From the NCBI GenBank assembly GCA_951406725.2, contig OX597814.1:129022001-129086000 (forward strand): 64,000 nt of DNA, given 5' to 3'. The translations under genes were made by a program, and so were the position numbers. Below are positions 39,313 through 51,063 of the stretch, in pieces (position 1 is the stretch's first letter; each line of letters begins with the position of its first letter). This DNA is from Octopus vulgaris (Eukaryota). The notes beneath the pieces are model-generated. The model was given only the letters and a program-made list of their open reading frames with translations, was not told where the DNA came from and made no database searches.

Positions 39313-40244
39313 AATTTTCCTTCCATAGTTTATAGCCATACATGCTTGCAAGGTAATAACAACAGCACCAAATCTGCAGCTATGCATGAGATCTTTTAAC
39401 AAATGTCAAAGCACAAACATTTTATTCTGTGTGTTAACGATTCTTTCAGCTCTCCGCCTTATGCTAACACATAAATAATGACAAGATTTTGTTTTATGTT
39501 CCAAAATATTGGAATTAATCTTTCTGGTGGTATCTTGTCTAATTGGTTTGATCTATTAAGCTGTCTCACATTTAACATCTGCTAATTCGTGACTGCTACT
39601 TCCTAGCCTCAAGAACCTTCTATAAGATAACATTCTTTTATATGTTGGTCTTTTCCACTGATATATTGATCTTTCACAAAAATCAGAATTTTGGTACTCT
39701 GGTTTCTTTCATATCCCCTTTTCTTTTTATTTTTAGTTCAGTTTTCTTCTTTTCTCTTGAAATGTCAAATTTATAATATAATAATAATGATAAATAATAA
39801 TAATAATAATAATAATATTGAGATGCTTGCTTTCATAAGCCTGATTTATGTGGGAATAAATATGGGGTAATCTAACATGAAAATTGGAAATCAAATAAAA
39901 AAAATTTTAGAAATGATTTTGAAAATCTTAAAGTTGAATTTAAGTTTTACATATTATTAGATTTTTAGTTTCAGCTCAAATTTCAGTTTCTCGTTTCCAT
40001 TGAATTATATACTCTGCTGTCTCCATTTAATTTCAATTTTATCAGCTTCATATTAATAAATAAATAGGGTTGGAGGGCAGAGAGAGAGAGAGCCTTAATT
40101 CTAAGTTTTCATTGAATCTTTTTGACTTGAATGTGATAACTTCATTTCACTTGTCAGAAAACAGAATGTTGTTATTATTTTTAAACAAGGGACTGATTCT
40201 TTTAAAATGCAGAGAAGATCCAAGTAGGTTCTCTATATAATAAG

Positions 40245-40562
40245 ACTTTGCCTTTCATCCTTTCGGGGTCTATTAAATAAGTACCAGTTACGCACTGGGG
40301 TCGATATAATCGACTTAATCCATTTGTCTGTCCTTGTTTGTCCTCTGTGTTTAGCCCCTTGTGGGTAGTAAAGATATAGGTATTTCGTCTGCTGTTACGT
40401 TCTGAGTTCAAATTCCGCCGAGGTCGACTTCGCCTTTCATCCTTTCAGGGTCGATTAGATAAGTACCAGTTATGCACTGGGGGCCAATATAATCGACTTA
40501 ATCCGTTTGTCTGTCCTTGTTTGTCCCCTCTGTGAGTAGCCCCTTATGGGCAGTAAAGAAAA
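40245..40562 (+). mobile_element. SINE family B dimer, 5'-truncated
   Basis: Junction aaagatatag|gtatttcgtc, same position as in 13606-14003. Confidence 0.85.
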
Positions 40563-40603
40563 AAGATACTTGTATTTCATAATGTTACTCTTTTGGTCAT
40601 TAC

Positions 40604-40637
<34 letters not shown>

Positions 40638-40654
40638 GCTTTTGCTTTTCTGGG

Positions 40655-40750
40655 GATTGCCAGCTCCTGCAATGCTAGCAACTAATTCTGCCTCCTGCTT
40701 CCCATTGCTCATGAATACAGCCCCGAGATACTTAAACATCTCCACATGTT
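40655..40750 (-). mobile_element. Short RTE-type RT remnant
   Basis: Minus-strand text VEMFKYLGAVFMSNGKQEAEL..SIAGA. Confidence 0.5.
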
Positions 40751-41084
40751 TCAGTAATATTCCACTGTTATTTCCCATCGAAAACACACAACTGTGTTGG
40801 ATATTATTGTAGATAATATTCATTACTTGGAGTTTTACTTGTCCTGTTATCCTAAGTAATTGACTAATAACCTGGTACAGGTAAAAATAATACAGTTAAA
40901 AATGAAAACATGAATAAAAATAGCAGAGAAAAATAAAATAAGATTTAAGTAACTTGAGATTAAGGGATTAGCAGGTGCCCTCGAGTATAATTGGCAAAAA
41001 AAATGTGTTGCATGGCAAGTGATAGATCTGTGATTTGGATTATGTCAGAAGCAGGGTTGGTGCTTGACCAGTCCCACAACGTAT

Positions 41085-41375
41085 ACCCACTTCTCCCAAC
41101 TGTGTCATATATACCCTCTTCTTCCAGTTTGGCCCCCTTCTTGCAACCTCTTCAATGTTCCCCTTATCCCCCCCACCCGCTACATGTACACTCCTTGTCT
41201 CAACTCTTATGCTGTGCTCCCTTTTCTCTCAGTCCTATAATGTGTGCCCTCTTCTTGTAACCCTGTAATGTACAACCTCTTTTCCTAACCCTTACAATGC
41301 ACACTTTCTCCCAGCCCTGCAATGTGTACCGCACCACCATTTTTCCAGCCCTTCATCATGTATCCCTTTTGACAA
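41085..41375. repeat. Degenerate C/T-rich minisatellite, about 28-30 bp unit
   Basis: Recurring ttct(c)c(c)a(a/g)ccct..aatgt.(t)accc units, about 8-9 copies. Confidence 0.6.
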
Positions 41376-41967
41376 TCTTTTCTTCTGTCACCCTCTTTGA
41401 ACAAATATAAAAATGCAGTTATAATTAAATTGCACATAAAAAATCTATAGTATTATGATCAGGCATATCACCGTGTGAACCTGTTATCAAGCAAAATTGT
41501 GTAACCTTCTGGTCTTTTCTCATCCCATTCTAACCCTGTCCTCCATCCTTCTCTGTCCCAGGAATGACCTCTTTGTTCTCTTTGTTACTGAGATTTTGTG
41601 TTTTTAGTTGGAGTAAGAAATTTCAAGCTGTTCAAAATTTGTGTGGTACTCCAAGATTTTAAGGGCTCTGTGTGATAATTACATTTGCTTAGTGTGTCAT
41701 GCCAGCTCTGGTCAATCGGCTTGCTTCTCTTTTCTCTCTTAAAACGGCTCTTTTAAAGATTAAATTATTTCTCATTATTTTAAGAAAATAACACTATGAA
41801 GTCATAAGTGCAGGCCTGGTTGTGTGGTTAGGATGCTTGCTTTGTAACCGTTTGGTTTCAGGTTCAGTCCTTATGTGCAACACAGTGTACAAGTGTTTTC
41901 TGCTGTAGCCCCAGCTGGGCAATGCCAAGTGATTGAATTTGGCAGATGAAAGATGTATGGAAGTTCA

Positions 41968-42340
41968 AGGTGCAGGAGTGGCTGTGTGGTAAGTAGCTTG
42001 CTTACCAACCACATGGCTCCGGGTTTAGTCCCACTGCGTGGCACCTTGGGCAAGTGTCTTCCACTATAGTCTCTGGCCGACCAAAGCCTTGTAAGTGGAT
42101 TTGGTAAACGGAAACTGAAAGAAGCCCGTCGTATATATGTATATGTGTGTGTTTGTCTCCCCAACATCGCTTGACAACTGATGGTGGTATGTTTACGTCC
42201 CTGTAACTTAACAGTTCGGCAAAAGAGACTGATAGAATAAGTACTAGGCTTCCAAAGAATAAGTCCTGGGGTCGATTTGCTCGACTAAAGGCAGTGCTTC
42301 AGCATGGCCACAGTCAAATGACTGAAACCAGTAAAAGAGT
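41968..42340 (+). mobile_element. Young SINE A nested in an older SINE A (41808-42563)
   Basis: Older head 41808-41962 and older tail 42341-42563 flank a cleaner full copy. Confidence 0.8.
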
Positions 42341-43077
42341 ATATGTGCATATATATGTGTGTGAGTTTGTGTTTGTCCCCTCACCACCGTTTAACAACCA
42401 GTAATGGTTTGTTTACATCCCTGTAACTTAGGAATTCAGCAAACAGAACTAATAGAATGAAAACCGAACTTAAAATAAGTACTAGGGTCAATTTGTTTGA
42501 CTAAACCCCTGAAGACAGTGCCCCAGTATGGCCACTGTCCAATGACTGAAACAAATAAAAGATACCAATATTTCTAGATAAACAAAGGCAGTGAGTTTTT
42601 ACCATGCTGAAAAAATGCTTAGCAGCATTTTATCTGTATTTGCGATCTGAGTTCAAATTCTGCTGGGATTGACTTTGCCTTTCATTTTTTCAGGGTCAAT
42701 AAAATCAGTACCAGATGAGCACTGGGGGTCGATATAATTGACTAATCCCCTCCCTCACAATTGCCGGCCTTGTGCCAAAGTTTGAAACCGATATTTCTAG
42801 ATATAGAAACGGGTATTTGTGTGTTATCTTTATATCATCAAACATTTGATGTTAACAGTGGGAGAAGTGTCTAATTTTATAATGAAACTATCTTAGATAT
42901 GATGAAGAGACTTAATTGGTTTAAAGAAAAATTTACAATATATTGAGGTAGTCATTCAGATATTTATAGAAATGACTTGATGGGTAGCCTAGTTACCCCG
43001 GGGCCAAATTCTAAATGTGTGTCTTGGATGATAACCTTGTTGCTATATAAGATAATATTCAAAGATACTGATTACAG

Positions 43078-43250
43078 TGTGTGTGTGTATATATATATAA
43101 TTGTATATGTGGATATGTATTTGGATATATATACATATATAACATGGTATTATATATATGTATATATATATATGCATATATGTATGTATATATATGTATA
43201 TACATATATATGTATGTATGTATATATATATATGTATGTATATATGAATG

Positions 43251-43287
<37 letters not shown>

Positions 43288-43372
43288 GTAATTGAATGTG
43301 TATATGTGGATATGTATTTGGATATATATACATATATAACATGGTATTATATATATGTATATATATATATGC

Positions 43373-43407
<35 letters not shown>

Positions 43408-43716
43408 TATATATGTATGTATGTATATATATATATATGTATGTATATATATATATGTATGTATATATATATATATATATATGTATGTATATATGAATGT
43501 ATGTATATATATATATGTATGTATATATGTATGTATGTATATATATATATATATGTATGTATATATGAATGTATGTATATATATATATGTATGTATATAT
43601 GTATGTATGTATATATATATATATGTATGTATATATGAATGTATGTATATATATATATGTATGTATATATGAATGTATGTACGTATATATATATATATGT
43701 ATGTATATATATATAT
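43078..43716. repeat. Complex (TA)/(TATG) satellite with higher-order duplications
   Basis: About 95-bp unit gtatatgtggatatgtatttgg...aacatggtatt... repeated at about 43103 and 43299; periodic tatgaatgtatg units. Confidence 0.9.
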
Positions 43717-43937
43717 AACCCATGCTAGCATGGAAAACGGACGCTAAACGATGATGATGATGATGATGATGTGTGTGTGTGTATATATATTTGCATGTGG
43801 GTGTATATGTATGAAAAATATGCATCCACAAGGAGACCTAACAAGATTCAAGCCTGGTCACTGCTTCACCACTGACAGAGTAAGAGTGTGTATGTATGTA
43901 TGTATGCATGCATGCATGCATGTATGTATGTAAGTAT

Positions 43938-43975
<38 letters not shown>

Positions 43976-43980
43976 ACACA

Positions 43981-44011
<31 letters not shown>

Positions 44012-44450
44012 TCATACAGAATCATGCACTATTTAACCATGCTATATAATACTTAATATCAATGCCAAATTCACTATCTTTTAGATAGCACATTTGTGCT
44101 GGTATGTATATATGCACACATACCTCATAATCTTTTCCATGCTTGCATGGTGTGTTGGAGTTTATTGAACCAGATTCTCTACATCTGGATGCATTTCCTG
44201 TCGCCAACACCCACTTGTTTCCTAGCAAGGTAATATTTCCTCATTTCCAGAAACACTTATGCAGAATATCAGCAATAAATATAACACTGCTTGTATGACA
44301 GGGACACTCATTTACAACTATCATGTGATGTCAAGACAAGGAGACACAAATGAACACAAACTCACACATGTAAACTTTTTTAATTCAATCAAAAATATAT
44401 ATATTCAGATAAAAACTTAATGCATTTTCAACCGTTTCTTAGTATTTTCC

Positions 44451-44502
<52 letters not shown>

Positions 44503-44504
<2 letters not shown>

Positions 44505-44743
44505 CTTTATTTAAAAGTAGCAGAAATATAACAAAAGCTGTTACTCAGAGTTTCATGTTCCCGTTCATCCGACAGTTTTGTTAAAAAAAAAACAAAAAAA
44601 AACTGTCCGACGAACGGGAACGTGAAACTCTGATTAACAGCTTTTGTTATATTTCTGCTGCTTTAAAGTAAAGCATTTTACTCTACCTCTGGTATTTGAG
44701 TACTCTTTTTCCACCTTGTTTCACATTTATATGCTTACTCCGG
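44503..44743. mobile_element. Penelope-like inverted terminal-repeat palindrome with two hammerhead motifs
   Basis: Arms 44503-44579 and 44599-44675; ctgt-CCGACGA-acg-ggaa-cgt-GAAA-ctctgat-TA-acag (+) and its inverted partner. Confidence 0.75.
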
Positions 44744-44929
44744 TAAAAGCACCCACTACATCACGGAGTGGTTGGCGTTAGGAAGGGCATCCAGCTGTAG
44801 AAACATTGCCAGATTAGACTGGAGCCTGGTGCAGCCTTCTGGCTTCCCAGAACCCTGGTCGAACCGTCCAACCCATGCTAGCACGGAGAACGGACGTTAA
44901 ACGATGATGATGATGATGATGATGATGAT
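44744..44929 (+). mobile_element. RTE-type LINE 3'UTR fragment
   Basis: Family match; (GAT)n tail. Confidence 0.85.
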
Positions 44930-45013
44930 ATATATACACACACACATACACATATAAATTTATATATATATAATGATGCTGATGATGATGATATATATAT
45001 ATATATATATATA

Positions 45014-45155
45014 GTCAATTCAATAAACAATCAAAACAGATAACAAGAGAGAGTTTGATGTTTCAAGTATAGCTCTTCATCAGAAAAGAGAAATAGAAAA
45101 GCTCAAAGAAGGAAAAGAAATTGCCAACAGCATGTGTGTTATTACATAGCTGAAG
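45014..45155 (-). mobile_element. Penelope-like hammerhead-bearing element in (TA)n
   Basis: Minus strand ttt-CTGATGA-A-GAGC-TAT-ACTT-GAAA-CA-TC-aaa at 45054-45086. Confidence 0.6.
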
Positions 45156-45398
45156 TGTATATGTATAATATATATATACATATATACATTTTGACTGAAT
45201 CTTTGCATCAACATATATCTCCTTGCAACAATGTAGCCTTTCATCTAATCAAGAAATCCTTGTCCTGAAGAGTAGCCGGCAGTATACATCTCATATGGAT
45301 TTTAGCACTTTTGAGGTTCCACTCACTATGAAACATATGTAGCCTGGATATCGCATACGACATCCCTTAACTCTTGTATGTGCGTGTGTATGTATGAT

Positions 45399-45429
<31 letters not shown>

Positions 45430-45811
45430 TGAGGCAAGTGAAAGCAAAATTGAAATCGAAATCAAATTCAATGACTGGCATCCGTGCTAGTGGAGTACTA
45501 AGAGCACCATCCAAGTGTGACTGTTGCCAGAGCAGCAAACTGGTTTCCATGCCAGTGGCACGTAAAAAACACCATTCAAGCTTGATCGTTACCAGTGTTG
45601 CCTTACTGGCACTTGTGCCGGTGGCATGTGAAAAAACATTCGAGCGAGGGCATTGCCCATGCCACTGAACTGGCTCCTGTGCAGGTGGCACGTAAAAAAC
45701 ATCATTTGAGCATGGTCGATGCCAGTACCACTTGACTGACCCTCGTGCAGGTGGCACATAAAAGCACCCACTACACTCTCGGAGTGGTTGGCATTAGGAA
45801 GGGCATCCAGC
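45430..45811 (+). mobile_element. RTE-type LINE 3'UTR with about 5 tandem units, lacking the tail
   Basis: Repeated gtgc(c/a)(a/g)gtggcac(g/a)taaaa units. Confidence 0.75.
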
Positions 45812-45998
45812 TCAACACATTTGGAGTTACATATATCATTTAATAACAGTTTCAGTTCCATGCAGCTTAAAGTTTTGAGGATTTACAAAAGAAACCCAGT
45901 TCTTTAGGCTTAGAGCTTGGTTTATTTTACCAGCCTATGAAACTTTTTAGTGCATGGAGCAAAATCAAACTCTTACTAAATAACATATTCACATACCT

Positions 45999-46282
45999 CA
46001 GTGGTTCCCAAAGTGGGCAGTATTGCGCCCCTCCCCCCTGGGGAAGGTGAAAAGTTCCAAGGGGGTGTTGAAGAAAAGCGAGGCGATAATGGGGTAGCAA
46101 TTCATATAAAAACAACAAAAAAATGGGTTCATGAGGTTAAGATTTATTTATGAAATATAGTTGCTTAGAATTTTTGCTTCAGAAAGGGGTCTATGTTTGT
46201 GATAGTTAGTTGGGGTGGGGGCACTAGGAATGTGGCCTGGGTGTCAAGGGGGCAGCAATCCAATAAAGTTTGGGAACCACTG
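45999..46282. mobile_element. hAT (Charlie-like) MITE
   Basis: TIR CAGTGGTTCCCAAA / TTTGGGAACCACTG; imperfect 8-bp TSD acatacct/acatatgt. Confidence 0.85.
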
Positions 46283-47444
46283 ACATATGTGATGGACATT
46301 TCTTGGTTTCTACCTACCAGATCTACTCACAAAACTTTGGTAGGCATGAAGCTTTGGTAGAAAGGTCTTGCCTAAGCTGTCAAACAGTTGAATTGAAACA
46401 AGAACCACGTGGTGAGGAAGAAAACTTCTGAAGCACACAGCCATTCCTGTGCCTACACACACACACACATACACACACAAACCATATTTACATTGCAGAA
46501 TTGAATTTATTTATAAAAAAGCTGAATGGCTTCCTGTTGCTCCATCTGTGACAGTAAAATATCTTGTATTCTGTGCCAGTATCCATATGTCTTACAGTTA
46601 GGCTGTGTTGAATGTCAAATGTCTTGGCATATTTTTAAGTTAATTGTATTATGCACAGCCAGGAAGACAAACACTATCATAAGCCAAATATAAATAAAGG
46701 TACCCTCAAATGAAAGTCCCAGATGAATGAAGAGATAGTTAAACAGTATAAACAGAAAAATAGGACTATATATATATGTATATATATGTAGGTATGTATG
46801 TCATTGTTCATGTATGTATACAAGTAAATATAGAATAATTATATTTGAATTTCCCACCAATATTTTGAATACTCTCAGGTATTTTCTAGATGTGCATGTG
46901 TGTATGTATGTATTTGTTTATTTGTAGGAATATGTATGGATGTATATGTGTATATATATATATATAGGTGTATGTATTTATTTTTAAGATTACGAGTACT
47001 GCAGCATGCATGTGTATACTCATACATAGATATATGTATGTACACGCATACATCCATACACTAGAAACTATTTTATAAATGCAATTTTTATATATTTATA
47101 TATATATATAGAACATACCAATAGACAACAACTATGCAGAACGTGCATGTATGCATACACACACATGCTATGTCTCTATTTCCTCACCCTCTCTCCTTTT
47201 ATCTTCCTCTTTCTCTCCCTCTCTCTCTCTCTCACTTATCTCTTTCTCCCCCTCTCTCTCACACACACACACTCTGTAGCATGAGAAGTAGAAAAGAATT
47301 TTCCTAATGCTGAGAACTTATTTAGCATCTGTTTTTACAGCCTTACTACTGTACTTCAAATATTCAATGTCAATCACATTATTTTAAATCTTTCCAGTAA
47401 AATAGAGTTACCATATGTATATGTGTATGTGTGTATATGTATAA

Positions 47445-47727
47445 GCACAGGAGTGGTTGTGTGGTAAGTAGCTTGCTTACCAACCATATGGTTCCAGGTT
47501 CAGTCCCACTGCATGGCACCTTGGGCAAGTGTCTTCTACTATAGCCTCTGGCCAACAAAAGCCTTGTGAGTAGATTTGGTAGACAGAAACTGAAAGAAGC
47601 CTGTCATATATATATATATATATATATATATAATGTATATGTATGTGTTTGAGTGCCTGTGTTTGTACCCCCAACATCACTTGACAACGGATGCTGGTGT
47701 CTTTACATCCCTGTAACTTAGCAGTTC
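47445..47727 (+). mobile_element. SINE family A, 3'-truncated
   Basis: Family match ending at gtaacttagcagttc. Confidence 0.85.
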
Positions 47728-47838
47728 ATGAGAGAATATTATTCCAAACTTACAGGGGAAAAAAAAAATAATATATATATATATATGTAAAAACAAGTCA
47801 AAATAGAAAATGCTAAAATAATTTTATAAAGAACATTT

Positions 47839-47876
47839 CAGTACCGGTTTCGGTCATTTTGAGACCTTTTCAACTG
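47839..47876 (-). ncRNA. Minimal type-I hammerhead ribozyme motif, C3U/G8A variant, inside a TA-flanked element (about 47787-48011)
   Basis: cag-UUGAAAA-GGUC-ucaaaau-GACC-GAAA-CCGG-UA-cug: stems I and II pair, stem III is palindromic. Confidence 0.75.
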
Positions 47877-48153
47877 TAACGATTAAATAATTAAATTTGG
47901 AAAAATTAAAAGAAAAGTTTTTTTAAGGGAATATTTGTATAGTGTTCAAATATAAGTGGCATTCTGCCTTTCTCTGTCTCCCTTGTTTGCACTTGTGTGT
48001 TCGAGGCCGTTTATATATATATATGTATGTATGTATATGTCAGCCTGGGGCTATAGTAGTAGCCACTTACCAAATGTACTACACAACGGGACTGAAACCA
48101 GAATCATGTGGCTGAGAAGCAAACTTCTTACCTCACAGCCATGCCTGTGTTCA

Positions 48154-48212
<59 letters not shown>

Positions 48213-49342
48213 GTGCACACTTTCGAACTAGCTTTGCTAGCTGCTTTCTGCAGAGAAGCTTTTAATCATAATCAATGTACCATTATAGAAAGAATTTTCA
48301 ATGAAAAGAAAAAGAAAGAAGAAAAATGTAAACCAAATAGGCCACCTGCCCTTTCGTTTCACTCACACACACCACACACACACATATACATATATATGTA
48401 AGGAGGAGAGAGCTGTAAAGGCAGGGACTCTATGCACTTCCCAACAAGAGTATTGTTGCACTTAAAATCATAAGTATATGTTGTGTGTATTTGTGTGCAG
48501 TACGCATGCACATGCACACCAACTCACATATGTCTATGCACATCTTTGCAACATGCACTGACTGTAAAGATGTGTTTATGTTCTGCTGATTGGGTATAGT
48601 GTAAGCTAGGAAATGAGTCAAGTTCACTTTCTATTATATAAAAAGAAAAGGTCAAAGGTGAACAGCAGTAGGTTTATGCAGAACCACTTCTACATCTAAG
48701 TCAAGTGAAGGAAGTAATAAGTTTTCAAACTTCTTCACCACTTCATAAACAATCTGCCCAAGGAGATTGGTACGCAAGAGCAAGTAAGACTAAGCCAAAC
48801 AGTTACATAGCTATGATCAGCTAATGAGCAAGCCTTCATGATGTTGCTTAAATTGCTAGAAATTGTAGCTAGTTCTTCCTCAAATCACACTTGTCCATCT
48901 TAGATGGTTTCAAATTTAGGCAAAAGGCCTAAAAGTTTTAAGAGAGGAGGTAAATTGATTACATTGACCACAGTACTTGACTGGTACTTAATTTATTGAC
49001 CCTAAAATGATGAAAAGCAAAACTGACCTCAGCAGAATTTGAACTCCAAACATCAAAAGCCAAAGAAATGCCATAAAGCATATTGTCTGAGGTGCTAATG
49101 GTTCTGTCAGCTCACCTAGATATGTTTTAATCACATTACCAAATTTTTATTTTCATGTGAAATCATCACAAATTTCTTAAAGAACTACTTTGCTTCATAA
49201 AAAAGCTTTGGCTAAACTAATTAAAAAAATTTTTAATGAGGCAAGAATTCTCATAATTTTGTTCAATGTTTACATGAGAATTGCTCTCCTCCATGAATAT
49301 GAATACATCATAACAAATTATTAATTTTGTATTCATTGCATA

Positions 49343-49505
49343 GGCGTGGGTATGGCTGAGTGATAAGAAGTTTACTTTCCAACTGTGATTTCAGGTTCAG
49401 TCCCATTGCAAGGCTCCTCGGGCAGGTATCTTCTACTGTAAATTCAGGCCAACCAAAGCCTTGTGAGTGGATTTGGTAGATGGAAACTGAAAGAAGCCTA
49501 TTGTG

Positions 49506-49548
<43 letters not shown>
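49343..49548 (+). mobile_element. SINE family A head (tail displaced to about 51220-51405)
   Basis: Head ends in the internal TA tract; a matching tail resumes after about 1.7 kb of insertions. Confidence 0.75.
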
Positions 49549-49552
<4 letters not shown>

Positions 49553-50173
49553 TAAAGAAAACTTATGTAGAGATTGTTAACATTAACAATACTCAGAAAC
49601 AATCTAGAATTAAAGTGCTCCAATTGAGCTAAGTTCCAATTTATGATTTCAATGGAGGCAATACCAGCGGAAAACTAGAGGATCATGACCTATTATCCAA
49701 TAGAATATTCAATATATATGTGTGTACCTTCATTGGACATTAATCAATCAATATAAAGTTCCAGATAATACAGTATCAAAACATACAAGTATATAAGCAT
49801 ATAAATATTTAATATCTAAAAATACGCAAATGTTTAAAAATATTTTAAAATATGTTGGCATTATAAATATATAAATACATAAGTAGATATACAAATAGAT
49901 ATAAAAATAGATATAAAACGTTGATATGATATAATATAAAAACTCGTAAGTATTTAAAAATATTCAAAAATGCGCATATATGTAAGTACACAGGCAAAAT
50001 ATAAAACATCAACATAATATAAGACTTATAGAATTAATAATTCACACAATAATTATTAATTCACATGATAGATAGAAGGTAATAAAGATTCACAAGTAAC
50101 AACACGGAGTCCAGTGGAAAATTTGAGATTATACAACATTAACAGGACATACTAATACATGAAGATAATGTTC

Positions 50174-50259
50174 CATCGACGGGCCATTTCAGAGATGTGT
50201 CCGATAATATAATATAAATTTCATATTTTAATGAAACATACACTCCCCTCATCAGGATG
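50174..50259 (-). ncRNA. Type-I hammerhead ribozyme motif with canonical core and long stem II, in a TA-flanked AT-rich element (49549-50392)
   Basis: cauc-CUGAUGA-ggggagugu...acacaucucu-GAAA-UGGCCCG-UC-gaug. Confidence 0.75.
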
Positions 50260-50493
50260 CTTCGCAAAAAGTCACACTGATTGCAACATATAAAAGGATA
50301 ACTTACTTCGTTATATTCTAGCCAATTTCAAAAGGTCTTATTGACAATATCAAATTGAAATATAAAATGGCAACAGTTTACCCATTGCACCCTATATATA
50401 TATATATATATATATAAAGCTGATACACCTGTTGTTCCCTCACTTGTGTTTGTCTTTTGTTTTTTGTACATTTGAACTGTATATATATATATA

Positions 50494-50843
50494 TGCTGTG
50501 ATTGAGAGTATCCGACAAAGTGACATCACAGCAATGGCCGATGCCAGTGCTGCATGATTGGCACATGTTGGTGGCACATAAACTGAACTATCTGAACATG
50601 GTTGATGCCAGTGGCATGTAAAAAGCACCATCTGAACGTGGTCAATGCCAATGCTCTCTGACTGGCTCCATGTCATCAGCACATAAAAAGCACTCACTAC
50701 ACTCTCAGAGTGATTGGCGTTAGGAAGGGCATCCAGCTGTAGAAATATTGCCAGATCAGATTGGAGCCTGGTGCAGCTGCTGGCTTTCTAGACCTTAGTC
50801 AAACTGTTAAACCAATGCCAGCATGAAAAGTGGATGTTAAACA
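50494..50843 (+). mobile_element. RTE-type LINE 3'UTR fragment
   Basis: Family match with tandem units. Confidence 0.8.
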
Positions 50844-50867
50844 ATATATATATATATATATATATAT

Positions 50868-51063
50868 AGGATCAACAAGTGAGACCACGTAGCCACTACA
50901 CACATTTTTTTTCTCTCCTTGTTTTTTCTGTGTACCTTTCTGTAGAAGAGCATAGGCTTGAAATGTAAAAGACTTTTTCTATTCCTGAGTGCTATACTAA
51001 TATATCTGTTTGTTTTGTACACCACCTGCCTTCGTCTTTTGTTTATTTTCGTAAACTTTCCCT
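50868..51063 (+). mobile_element. Penelope-like element with a degenerate hammerhead, in (TA)n
   Basis: ttt-CTGTAGA-A-GAGC-ATAG-GCTT-GAAA-TG-TA-aaa at 50937-50970; same layout as 35580-35790. Confidence 0.6.

Noticed and set aside
43043-43831. Long ORFs (262, 193 and 185 aa) rich in Y/I/H/T or C/M/V/Y
   Set aside because: Translations of (TA)/(TATG) microsatellite; no coding signal
45430-45811. Repeat-spacer-like array suggestive of CRISPR
   Set aside because: Eukaryotic context, no cas genes, the inter-repeat segments are related to each other, and the array is part of a LINE 3'UTR
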